The notes under the pieces: generated by a model
The model's database searches: none
Told to the model about the DNA's origin: nothing
Seen by the model: the letters and a program-made list of their open reading frames with translations, nothing else
Translations under genes and position numbers: made by a program
Shown: positions 47,125 through 55,326 of the stretch, piece by piece
How positions within the stretch are numbered: the stretch's first letter is position 1
How the letters are laid out: the number at the start of each line of letters is the position of its first letter
Source of the DNA: an uncultured virus (IMG/VR IMGVR_UViG_3300030707_000002)
Taxonomy: Duplodnaviria; Heunggongvirae; Uroviricota; Caudoviricetes
DNA: 64,000 nt
Reading direction: 5' to 3' (one strand)
IMG/VR virus record: IMGVR_UViG_3300030707_000002

Positions 47125-48974
47125 CGCGGCATCCCCCACGCCCGCTTCGGCGGTGCGGCTGCGGGCGGCGGTTCTGCGATCGGTGGCGGCATCTCGGCCG
47201 GCGGTTCGGGCAACGCCTCCTGCGCAGACGATGGGATCTGGTCGACCGGGACCGCGACGAAGCCCTCCGGCGGTTCGTAGCCGGGTCCTACCCTGACGTA
47301 GCCGGGCGGCAACTGCTGCTGCTCTTGCCGTTTCTCGTTGGCCTTGCGGATCTCCGCCCGCTGCTCGCCGACCCACTTGAGGATGTCGGGCAGATTGGCC
47401 ATGAACGTCTCGACGCCGCGCAGGCTTCCGTCCTCCCGGTTGATGACCCCCTTGGCCGGCCCCATGTCGATGACGCGGACGGGGCTGTCGTCGTCCTCGG
47501 GCGGTGGCGGTTCGGCGGCTGCGCCACCGAACCCGAATTCGCGCGCGACTTCGATCGTGTCGCGGAAGACACTGGCCGCTTCGCGGAGCTGCTGGGATGG
47601 CGTCTGCGGGCGCGCGGGCGGTGAATAGGGCGATCGGGGATCGTACGGCGGCGCATTCGGGTCGCGCGGATCGGACGGACCCGGGTAGCGCGGCCGGTAG
47701 TACGGTCCGCCCGCGGGCGATGCGCCGGCTCCGCGCTGGGCCGTCTGCATCATCGTCAGCATCATCTCGAACATCTGCTTCTGCATCGTCAGCATCGCCG
47801 TGGTCGGGTCCGTCGCTGGCGGTGGAGCGACGAACACCGGCGGCGTCGCGGGATGCGCCGGTCGCGCGTGCCCGGCCGCTGTCGCCTGCATCGCTTGCAT
47901 CATCTCGAACAGTTGCTTCTGCATCGCGAGCATCGCCGCCGCCGGGTCGGGCGGGGCGGTCGCCGGTGGCGGCGGAGCCATCGGTTGGGGCGGCGGCGGT
48001 GGCGGCGGCGCGTGCCCGGCGGCCGTCGCCTGCATTGCTTGCATCATCTCGAACAGTTGCTTCTGCATCGCGAGCAGCGGGGTCGCCTGATCGACCGGTG
48101 CCTGGGGAGGAGCTGCAGGCGGCATGGGCGGCGGAGCGGTCACGGGCTTCGGAGCCATCGCCTGCATCATCTCGAAGAGCTGGCGCTGCATGGTGAGCAG
48201 CGTGTTCGCGTCGAACGGCGCGCCGGCTATAGGAGCGGCAGGAGGCATCGGGGGCGCCGCGTACGCCGTGGGCATCTGCGCGTACGGCGGCGCGTACGGC
48301 GGTGGATAGGGCTGGGGCACAGCAGGAGCGCCGGGCGGCAAGGGGTCGCCCAGCGTGCTCGGCATCGAGACTTGCCCCCCGTTGCCGTGGCCGGCCCCGT
48401 CGCGGAAGGTGACCTCGTAGGTGGTCTCTCCCGCTCGGCCGTGCAAGAGTTTGATCGCGTCGTACAGCTCGTTGGCCGTGCGCGGGCGGCTGGTGATCAT
48501 CCACTGCGCCGGCGTGCCGGTCTTTCTCTCGACGGCAATGGTCTGCGCTGCTGCCGGGAAGAGCCGGATCGTCTCTTCGAACGCGAGCAGGATGTTGCCG
48601 TCGGCGGCGTGCGACGCGGGCGGGATAGCCAGAGCGGGCGGCGGACCGGCAGCGGGCGGAGCGGGTGTGTTCATGGGGAGGATCGGGTCGGGAGAGGGTG
48701 GCGGCGCGGGGGGCGGTGCACGACGACGGCGAGGCGGTGGAGCGGCGTTGTTGGGGGCGTCGAGGCGGCGGCGAGGTCGCCGATCGGGAGGTGCTGGAGG
48801 TCGGTTGGCGGGCTCGCCGGAGTCGTTCGTCGGCGGATCGGGTCGGCGACGAGGAAGTCGCACCAGCCTCTGATCGGTCGTGGACGTGACGGCGTCATCT
48901 TCCGTCTCGTCCGGGTCCTCTTCCTCCTCCTCTTCTTCAGGATTGTCTTCGTCGCGATCGTCCGGCGGCGGCAT
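47121..48974 (-). CDS. Pro-rich protein with four L[AT]MQ[KR]Q[LM]FEMM repeats
   Basis: 617 aa; acidic N-terminus; repeated amphipathic helix. Confidence 0.65.
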   Translation of the reverse strand: MPPPDDRDEDNPEEEEEEEDPDETEDDAVTSTTDQRLVRLPRRRPDPPTNDSGEPANRPPAPPDRRPRRRLDAPNNAAPPPRRRRAPPPAPPPSPDPILPMNTPAPPAAGPPPALAIPPASHAADGNILLAFEETIRLFPAAAQTIAVERKTGTPAQWMITSRPRTANELYDAIKLLHGRAGETTYEVTFRDGAGHGNGGQVSMPSTLGDPLPPGAPAVPQPYPPPYAPPYAQMPTAYAAPPMPPAAPIAGAPFDANTLLTMQRQLFEMMQAMAPKPVTAPPPMPPAAPPQAPVDQATPLLAMQKQLFEMMQAMQATAAGHAPPPPPPPQPMAPPPPATAPPDPAAAMLAMQKQLFEMMQAMQATAAGHARPAHPATPPVFVAPPPATDPTTAMLTMQKQMFEMMLTMMQTAQRGAGASPAGGPYYRPRYPGPSDPRDPNAPPYDPRSPYSPPARPQTPSQQLREAASVFRDTIEVAREFGFGGAAAEPPPPEDDDSPVRVIDMGPAKGVINREDGSLRGVETFMANLPDILKWVGEQRAEIRKANEKRQEQQQLPPGYVRVGPGYEPPEGFVAVPVDQIPSSAQEALPEPPAEMPPPIAEPPPAAAPPKRAWGMPR

Positions 48975-48983
48975 GGTGGGCCC

Positions 48984-49427
48984 CTACGTCGTTGCGCTCG
49001 GACCGTTGGTGCCTGGGGTCGGTGCGGGCTCCGGCTCCGGCTCCGGCTCCGGTTCCTCCGGTTCCGGCTCATCTTCGTCTTCCTCGGCGATCGTAATGAA
49101 CTCGACGAAGGTGTCCTCGCTCATGGCCTCGTCGAAGAATCGAATGCAGCGTTCCGGAATGACCGTGCGCACGAACATCTTGCCGTCGCTCGAGTACACC
49201 TCAATCCCGCCGTCTTCGCGGGAGTACATCCGCACGATCTTGGCCTCGGTCGCGAGCGGGTGCGGATGGTTCAGGATCCACACCGTGAGCTCTTTGTCTC
49301 CATCCGCGGTGAGCGAAGCGGTGACCAACCGGACCAGCGCCGTCGCGTCCGGGCTCGGTTGCGGCAAGAGACGTTCGACCGGGAGGATGGACGGACCGAC
49401 ATCGCGGGGGAGGTTGCTAGGCGGCAT
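48984..49427 (-). CDS. hypothetical protein with acidic EP tail
   Basis: 147 aa; GGAG RBS. Confidence 0.6.
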   Translation of the reverse strand: MPPSNLPRDVGPSILPVERLLPQPSPDATALVRLVTASLTADGDKELTVWILNHPHPLATEAKIVRMYSREDGGIEVYSSDGKMFVRTVIPERCIRFFDEAMSEDTFVEFITIAEEDEDEPEPEEPEPEPEPEPAPTPGTNGPSATT

Positions 49428-49466
49428 GGAAAGTTTGGCTCCGTGGGAAATGGGTGCAGACGAACT

Positions 49467-50177
49467 TCACAAATCCTCGGGTGGTTGCAGAAGACCCGCC
49501 TCAACAAAACTGAAGTACGACGGTTTCTCTACAGTCCCACCCACGATGATGTGGTCCATCAGGTGGACGTTGATGACCTCGCACGCGTCTGCGAACGCCT
49601 CGGTCGTCTCCTTGTCCGCGTCGCTCGGCTCGGCCGGCACCCCAGAGGGGTGGCAGTGGCAGAGGATGATGGCGTGCGCACCGTCAATAAGTGCTGCCTG
49701 CAGCGTCGGCACCATTGGCGCCATCACGGCGGACGGTTCCCCTCGACCGGTCTCGGCGATGCTCTTCATCCTCAGATGCAGATCGAGGGTGACGATCCCG
49801 AAGACCTCGTTGACCTCGTCACCGATGGCCTCGCGGATTAGCTTGAACGCTTTTTTCGGATCATCGAGCGGTCCGATCGAGTCGGCGAGTGCGTTGCAGG
49901 CCGCGAACCGCTCTTGGTCCTTCTGGACCGTCAGAAACGGGCGGCACTTCGATCCGTTGCCGGCTCCAAGGACCACCGGGTCGGCTCCCGCGTCCGCGAG
50001 TGCAACCTCGTGGGCGTCGTCCTTCATCCGGGGACGCCGGCCAGTTCGTTGACTGGATCGCACCGCGCGCTCGGCGAGGGTTCGCGCCAACGCCGGCTCG
50101 TGGCAGGCGCACCCGCGCCGCAGGCGGCTGATCGCCGACGGGTCGTACGCGCTCCGGGTAATCATGGGTCCCCTCAC
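49467..50177 (-). CDS. RadC-like JAB/MPN domain protein
   Basis: EVFGIVTLD; IILCHCHPSG..EPSDAD..TT; LMDHIIVG. Confidence 0.85.
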   Translation of the reverse strand: MRGPMITRSAYDPSAISRLRRGCACHEPALARTLAERAVRSSQRTGRRPRMKDDAHEVALADAGADPVVLGAGNGSKCRPFLTVQKDQERFAACNALADSIGPLDDPKKAFKLIREAIGDEVNEVFGIVTLDLHLRMKSIAETGRGEPSAVMAPMVPTLQAALIDGAHAIILCHCHPSGVPAEPSDADKETTEAFADACEVINVHLMDHIIVGGTVEKPSYFSFVEAGLLQPPEDL

Positions 50178-50557
50178 GCCGCCGCTGCCGCGCGCTCGAC
50201 GACAATTCCGAGCGACGGCGCCGCCCGCGGGTCGTCGAACGGCACGTACGCCTTGCCGTTCTCGGTCTGCACGTAGAAATCGTCGAGGCTGGTCCAGTCT
50301 CGGACGATGAGCACAACGTCGTCCTCTTCGACGAACGGTCGAACCGAGGTTCCTCCGTCCATCTGGATGATGTGGATCTTCCTTGGCAGCACCACGTCGC
50401 CCGCCCGCAGCCCTCTCTCCTCAAAATCAGAACCGACGGCGTCGAGCAGCATGAATTTCGTCGTCTCCTTCGTCTCGTCCGTCCGCACGATGGACGAGGA
50501 GGGGGGCCGGACGACGATGCGGCCGATCGCCTGACCGCGTCGGGGTTCGAACTTCAT
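50174..50557 (-). CDS. GroES-like co-chaperonin
   Basis: MKFEP...SIV..DETKE...DAVG...LRAGDVVL...EEDDVVLIV matches the Cpn10 pattern. Confidence 0.6.
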   Translation of the reverse strand: MKFEPRRGQAIGRIVVRPPSSSIVRTDETKETTKFMLLDAVGSDFEERGLRAGDVVLPRKIHIIQMDGGTSVRPFVEEDDVVLIVRDWTSLDDFYVQTENGKAYVPFDDPRAAPSLGIVVERAAAAA

Positions 50558-51003
50558 GGGGCTTTCTCCTTGAGCTTTGGGGTGGGGTCGTCGAAAGGCG
50601 GCATCGTCACCGCGGCGCCGCGCAGGGTTTCGAGCTCCGCCTGGCATGCCGCGAGATCCGCGACGATGGCCGAGAAGGTTTCCCGGCTCGGCGCCGTGTA
50701 CGGCTGCGCGAGCTTGGAGGCGACGGGCGGTGCCAACTGGTGGGCGGCGCTGAGGATCACGAGCGCCGACATCCGGATCTCGCGATCGGGGCAGTCGGGC
50801 AGGCAGGACTCGGTCTCGACCGATTCGGCGGGGCAGCCCGTCATGTGCGCGCAGCGCGCGAGGATCTCGGCCGCTTGCTTGCCGGCAATCTCCAGGGCGA
50901 CCTTGCTCTTCCAGAGCGCGAGCTTCTGGCCGAACCAGACCCGATTGTCGACGGTGGTGCGCGGTTCAGGGCCGAACCCCATCATGTGCTGCGAACGGTT
51001 CAT
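50554..51003 (-). CDS. hypothetical protein with Cys cluster
   Basis: ATGA-coupled on both sides; C.H..GC...CLPDCPD. Confidence 0.6.
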   Translation of the reverse strand: MNRSQHMMGFGPEPRTTVDNRVWFGQKLALWKSKVALEIAGKQAAEILARCAHMTGCPAESVETESCLPDCPDREIRMSALVILSAAHQLAPPVASKLAQPYTAPSRETFSAIVADLAACQAELETLRGAAVTMPPFDDPTPKLKEKAP

Positions 51004-51209
51004 GTGGTCACTCCGTCCGGTTCGCGGATTCGAATGTAGCCATCGCTCGGCTGCCTGGCCGCGGACTGCGCCGCCTGCAGGAGCACCGATCGCATCCACA
51101 CGGAGACGCGCACGCCGCAGTGCTTCGCACGTTGGCTGATAAGCCGCCGCTGTTCGGGGGTCATTTTGATCGTCGCAACCTCGGTATAGATGATGGCTCG
51201 CGATGACAT
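51000..51209 (-). CDS. ribbon-helix-helix (MobC/DUF1778-like) regulator
   Basis: TIKMTPEQRRLISQRAKHCGVRVSVWMRSVLL. Confidence 0.7.
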   Translation of the reverse strand: MSSRAIIYTEVATIKMTPEQRRLISQRAKHCGVRVSVWMRSVLLQAAQSAARQPSDGYIRIREPDGVTT

Positions 51210-51342
51210 CCCTCGGACCTACGCCGGGAACTCTGCGGTAGTGCGTGTGACCTCGTCAATCGATCGACGAGCGTCCACGCACGATTCTTCGCATGGTGTA
51301 GACACCGTGATCGCATCGTGGAAACATGAACTCCAGAAACCG

Positions 51343-51543
51343 ATGCCCACCATCCCCGCCGCGACCCTCCGCCGCCTCTCCGCCACGCACGACGTCGACC
51401 CCCGATCGATCTTGCGCGAGCTGCGCGAACCCGGGAGCGTGCGTGGGATGGCCGGCGAGCGGGCGAGAAAGGCCGTGGGCGCGTACCAGGCAGCCAAGAA
51501 CGGATCCGAGACACAGACAGCAGCGGCAGCGCGAATACGGTGA
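51343..51543 (+). CDS. small HTH-like protein divergent from the structural operon
   Basis: LRRLSATHDVDPRSILRE. Confidence 0.5.
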   Translation: MPTIPAATLRRLSATHDVDPRSILRELREPGSVRGMAGERARKAVGAYQAAKNGSETQTAAAARIR

Positions 51544-51591
51544 TTTTCCGGCATTTGCGCTAGAATTATGCAGCCGCTACACTAGACGACC

Positions 51592-51771
51592 ATGACCCGC
51601 GAACTCGCCCGACTGATTCGAGAGTCGCGCCCGATGACCGAGGCGGAGCGCGAAGAGCAGTCGCGCAACTTCGTCGTCGGAAACATCGGCCTGGAGAATC
51701 CTCGGGTAACGCGTGAGATCGTCGACATCGCAGCGGAGAGGTTGCGCGAACGCCGCCGCATGTCCGGCTAG
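51592..51771 (+). CDS. VbhA-like Fic antitoxin (59 aa, absent from ORF track)
   Basis: MTRELARLIRESRPMTEAEREEQSRNFVVGNIGLENPRVT; inhibitory xxxxEN motif; overlaps the Fic start. Confidence 0.7.
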   Translation: MTRELARLIRESRPMTEAEREEQSRNFVVGNIGLENPRVTREIVDIAAERLRERRRMSG

Positions 51772-52397
51772 TGGGGTGGGGGTACGACGACGATTCGGAC
51801 GAACCCGAGATCCGTGAGGCCGAAGGCGGCCTTGAGCAACTGCGGATGGTACGACAGTGGATGCGTCAATCTCTACGGTCACCTGCGTACCGAACGCTGA
51901 CGCCGCGGATGATCCTCCGCCTTCATCAAGTTGCAATGCAGGATATTCTTCCGAACGCCGGTCGATGGAGAACAAGCGACGTCGAAATCTTCGGATCGCA
52001 CCATGAGCCTCCGCCGTATGTGGACGTCGACCGTCTTGTGCAAGACGTGTGCACCTTCGTCAACGAGTACGATGCCGAGGACGAGAGTGAAGCGATGTTT
52101 CTCGCTGCCTTCGTCATGTGGAAGATCGCGTGGATTCATCCGTTCGACGACGGCAACGGTCGAACCGCCAGGGCCGTATCCTACTTGATCATGTGCCAGA
52201 GACTCGGCAAGGAACTCGGTGGCGAAAGTCCCGTACCGCAGCGAATCAAGTACGCTCCCATTGCATACGTCCGAGCGCTGGAAGCCGCTGATCGCGCTTG
52301 GGCCTCCGGAGTCATCGACGTGTCACGCCTGCAGCATCTCATTGAGTTCTGCCTCACCGCGCAGCTCCGCAACGACCCTCCGACACTCCCGGACTAG
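51771..52397 (+). CDS. Fic/Doc family AMP-transferase
   Basis: canonical HPFDDGNGRTAR. Confidence 0.92.
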   Translation: MGWGYDDDSDEPEIREAEGGLEQLRMVRQWMRQSLRSPAYRTLTPRMILRLHQVAMQDILPNAGRWRTSDVEIFGSHHEPPPYVDVDRLVQDVCTFVNEYDAEDESEAMFLAAFVMWKIAWIHPFDDGNGRTARAVSYLIMCQRLGKELGGESPVPQRIKYAPIAYVRALEAADRAWASGVIDVSRLQHLIEFCLTAQLRNDPPTLPD

Positions 52398-52417
52398 CCC
52401 GTGGTACGTTGAACGGC

Positions 52418-52807
52418 GTGCAAGACGGCATCCACCGCAACGGGCGGCTGGTCATCGGGTTCGGCCTCGGATCGATGCCGCTGCCCGAGTGGGTCGCGAC
52501 GCGCAACAAGCTCCAGGACATGGATCGCCTCATCGCTTCTGGGCGAGGGGACGCGCTGGTCGACGGGGGCGGCTGCACCGAACCGGGCGGCGGGATCGTG
52601 CCCACGCAGCGCACCGCGCTCGAGATGGCGAATCTCTTGCGCGGACGGATGAGCACTGGAGTGGGGCACCTCGATGCGCCGGCGACGGCTGCGCCTCCCC
52701 ACCCGTCGCCGTGGAAGTACGCCCTGGTCATGAGCCTCGTCTCTACGGCGACCGGATGGGCCCTCGAAGAAATTGCTCGGCGGACGTTTCGGAGGAAGCG
52801 AAAATGA
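52418..52807 (+). CDS. motif-bearing small membrane protein
   Basis: leaderless TACGTT-N7-GTG; NGRLVIGFGLG; C-terminal hydrophobic helix and RRKRK. Confidence 0.65.
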   Translation: MQDGIHRNGRLVIGFGLGSMPLPEWVATRNKLQDMDRLIASGRGDALVDGGGCTEPGGGIVPTQRTALEMANLLRGRMSTGVGHLDAPATAAPPHPSPWKYALVMSLVSTATGWALEEIARRTFRRKRK

Positions 52808-53520
52808 TCACCGAATCGATTCGATTCCGCGGCCGTGCCGTTGCTGGCTTTCTCGGAGCCGCCGCGCCGCCGCAGTCCGCGGTCGTCGCCGCAGTCCTCG
52901 CGTACCGCGGCGCGTGGGATCCGTACGTCCTCGGAATGCTCCGAAACATGACGACCGTGGCCGACTCGTTCGACATGGTGGCGGCTCACCCACCGACCGG
53001 ATTCACCACCGACGAGCTGAAGAAGCTGGGCGCCGCGTACCGCAATCAGGCGCAGACCATGCTCGCGGCGTGGAACCAGTTCGCCGGGCTGACGCCGAAC
53101 CGGATCGAAGAACAATCCGGCATCATTCTCAAGTCCTGGGAAGACACGATTACGCGGATCAGCAACCTCGCCGCCGACGAAAAGGTCGACAAGTTCGCGC
53201 CCGGCATGAAATGGCCGGATCCACCGTCGCCGGACGTGCAACGCAAGGTGCTCACCGACCTGCAGTCTGTGGCCATCGATGCGGACTTTCTCGGGATCCT
53301 TGGCCTGGTCGGTTCACGGGGACTCCAGAAAATCGGGAACATCGCGACCGAAGCCCTCGAAGGGGCCGCAGCAGCGGCGGGGAAAGCTGCCAGCAACCTG
53401 ATCCCGTGGCAGCTCTGGGTCGTGGTCGGGGTGGTGGTGGTCGGCGGTGTCGTCGCGGCGGTCAAACTCGCTCCTGTCGCAGCCGCCGCGTACCTGCCGC
53501 CGCGTAGACCAGCCGCCTGA
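52804..53520 (+). CDS. motif-bearing helical protein with C-terminal TM
   Basis: IRFRGRAVAGFLG; WVVVGVVVVGGVV. Confidence 0.7.
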   Translation: MITESIRFRGRAVAGFLGAAAPPQSAVVAAVLAYRGAWDPYVLGMLRNMTTVADSFDMVAAHPPTGFTTDELKKLGAAYRNQAQTMLAAWNQFAGLTPNRIEEQSGIILKSWEDTITRISNLAADEKVDKFAPGMKWPDPPSPDVQRKVLTDLQSVAIDADFLGILGLVGSRGLQKIGNIATEALEGAAAAAGKAASNLIPWQLWVVVGVVVVGGVVAAVKLAPVAAAAYLPPRRPAA

Positions 53521-53540
53521 AGCGGCGTACGCTGGTCCGC

Positions 53541-54113
53541 ATGCTCCAGTTCAACGGCCGACCGGTGGCCTGGTTCGGCGTGGGCGCGCCCGATGTCATC
53601 GGTCCGGGCATCGCAGCGCTGCAGGCTGCGTTCGCGCAGTACCGCAGCCCGAGAATCACCAATCCGAACAAAGCAGTCGCCGACCTGCAGGCGGCGGGAA
53701 ACGCGGCGGTCAGTGTCGTGGGTCCCGCCATCGACGCGCTGTCCGGCGGCAGCCCCGACGTCATGAAGAGGACGCAGCTCGTGTGGCAGAAGAACGGAGA
53801 GCTCGCGAACATCACGGGGGCTACCGGTTCGGACGTGGAGATGGCGAAGGGGATCGTCCACGACATGATCGACGCCTACCAGCAGGCAGCGAGCCTTGCG
53901 GCGTCTCTCGCATCAAAGACGGTGCCGAGAGGATCCGCGCCGCCTCCGAGACTGCCGGGAGGGTCTCCCCCTGCATCCGATGCGCCCCAGCAGGGCGGCT
54001 TTCTCGATTGGTTCGCGGAGAACACGACCACCGTCCTGCTTGTGAGCGGTGCCGTCGTCGTCGTTGGAGGCGTGGCGCTGGCGGCGGCCGCCCGCACCCG
54101 CGCGACTGCGTAG
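53541..54113 (+). CDS. motif-bearing helical protein with C-terminal TM
   Basis: LQFNGRPVAWFGVG; leaderless TACGCT-N7-ATG. Confidence 0.7.
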   Translation: MLQFNGRPVAWFGVGAPDVIGPGIAALQAAFAQYRSPRITNPNKAVADLQAAGNAAVSVVGPAIDALSGGSPDVMKRTQLVWQKNGELANITGATGSDVEMAKGIVHDMIDAYQQAASLAASLASKTVPRGSAPPPRLPGGSPPASDAPQQGGFLDWFAENTTTVLLVSGAVVVVGGVALAAAARTRATA

Positions 54114-54146
54114 ACGCGCTCGCCGAACCGTCGTACGCTCGAGGGC

Positions 54147-54449
54147 ATGGAACGCATCCAGTTCGGCGGCCGACCGGCTCCCGGGTTCGGCGTGGGCCTC
54201 GCGCCGCAGAGCACTTTCGCCAAACCTGCGGCGGAATCGAGCATCCTCTCCGTGCCCGCTGGCAAGGTGGGGGCCTTCGTCGGCGGCGCCGCGATGTCCG
54301 CCGCCGCCGCCGCCTTTGCGACGACGTTCTTCGGGGAGGGGACCAACCTCGGCGGCGTCCGCGGCGTCGCCACGCGCCTGCAGCGCAACTGGAAAATCCT
54401 CGCTGCCACCGCGGTCGCGGGCGGCGTCGTCGGCGCCGTCGTAAAGTAG
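54147..54449 (+). CDS. motif-bearing small membrane protein
   Basis: IQFGGRPAPGFGVG; leaderless TACGCT-N7-ATG; two hydrophobic helices. Confidence 0.7.
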   Translation: MERIQFGGRPAPGFGVGLAPQSTFAKPAAESSILSVPAGKVGAFVGGAAMSAAAAAFATTFFGEGTNLGGVRGVATRLQRNWKILAATAVAGGVVGAVVK

Positions 54450-54458
54450 TCCCTTGTT

Positions 54459-54659
54459 TTACTTGACGGGGTAGAGAGAAGCCAGCGTGGCACCGAGCGT
54501 AGCCACCTCGGTCAGGTCAATCCCCTCGACGCCAACAAGGACCGCGACAGGTCGCCCGTGCCTGGTCACCAGCACGTAACTGCCTTGTGAAGAGTCGACC
54601 GCCTCGCTGAGACGAGTCTTCACCTCGCGCAGCGCCATTGTCCGAGGAACCGTCTTCAT
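54459..54659 (-). CDS. Phd/YefM family antitoxin-like protein
   Basis: LREVKTRLSEAVD...YVLVTRHGRPVAVLV. Confidence 0.8.
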   Translation of the reverse strand: MKTVPRTMALREVKTRLSEAVDSSQGSYVLVTRHGRPVAVLVGVEGIDLTEVATLGATLASLYPVK

Positions 54660-54940
54660 TTGCCGAACAGTTCCGCGTGCGACCCAAGGCGTTCGAGTAG
54701 CAGCGTGTTCTTGTCTGGCTTGTCGTAGACGAGCAGCAGGTCTGGCCGCACGTGACATTCACGGTGACCGGACCACTCGCCACTCAGCGCGTGGTCTCTG
54801 CAGGACTCAGGCAACAGCGCGTCGTTCGACAATGGGACCAAGATCGCTGCGAGTCGCTGATCGAGAGTTGGCCCATGCTGTCCCCGCATCTCTCGCTTGA
54901 AGTCACGCTTGAACGCGGTGGTTCGCTCAATCTTCCGCAT
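54656..54940 (-). CDS. yafQ: YafQ family mRNA interferase toxin
   Basis: FKRDFK; DHALSGEWSGHRECHVRPDLLLVY; RLGSHAELF. Confidence 0.9.
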   Translation of the reverse strand: MRKIERTTAFKRDFKREMRGQHGPTLDQRLAAILVPLSNDALLPESCRDHALSGEWSGHRECHVRPDLLLVYDKPDKNTLLLERLGSHAELFGK

Positions 54941-55274
54941 GCAGATCCGCCAGAAGCTCCTCGATGCTGGCGAAACGCGGCCCTCGACGCGGCTCGCGCA
55001 TCGCCGCGATCGTCTTGGCATTGGGTACGTTCGCCGCCTCGAAGAGGCGAGGTCTTCGACCGGGGAGACTGGCTGTACCGAAGAACAGTTCTTCGATGTC
55101 CTCCGTTCGCAGCGCCCCTCGCTCTACATCATCGGCAAGAATGCGCAGCGCCAACACGCGCACACGTGCGTCCGCCTCGGCCCGTGTGTGGCCATAGGCA
55201 TGGCAACCGGGCAATTCCCGCACGTCAGCGACGTACCGACCTCCCTCACGGTCGAACTCGATGGTCAACTGCAT
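54927..55274 (-). CDS. HicB-like domain fused to a DinJ-like C-terminal tail
   Basis: YVADVRELPGCHAYGHTRAEA (HicB); VPNAKTIAAMRE...FASIEELLADL (DinJ/RelB tail). Confidence 0.8.
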   Translation of the reverse strand: MQLTIEFDREGGRYVADVRELPGCHAYGHTRAEADARVRVLALRILADDVERGALRTEDIEELFFGTASLPGRRPRLFEAANVPNAKTIAAMREPRRGPRFASIEELLADLHAED

Positions 55275-55326
55275 GCCGCAAATGTAGTCGCGTTTGAGGT
55301 CTAGGTCAAGTCGAGACCGGTGAGGT

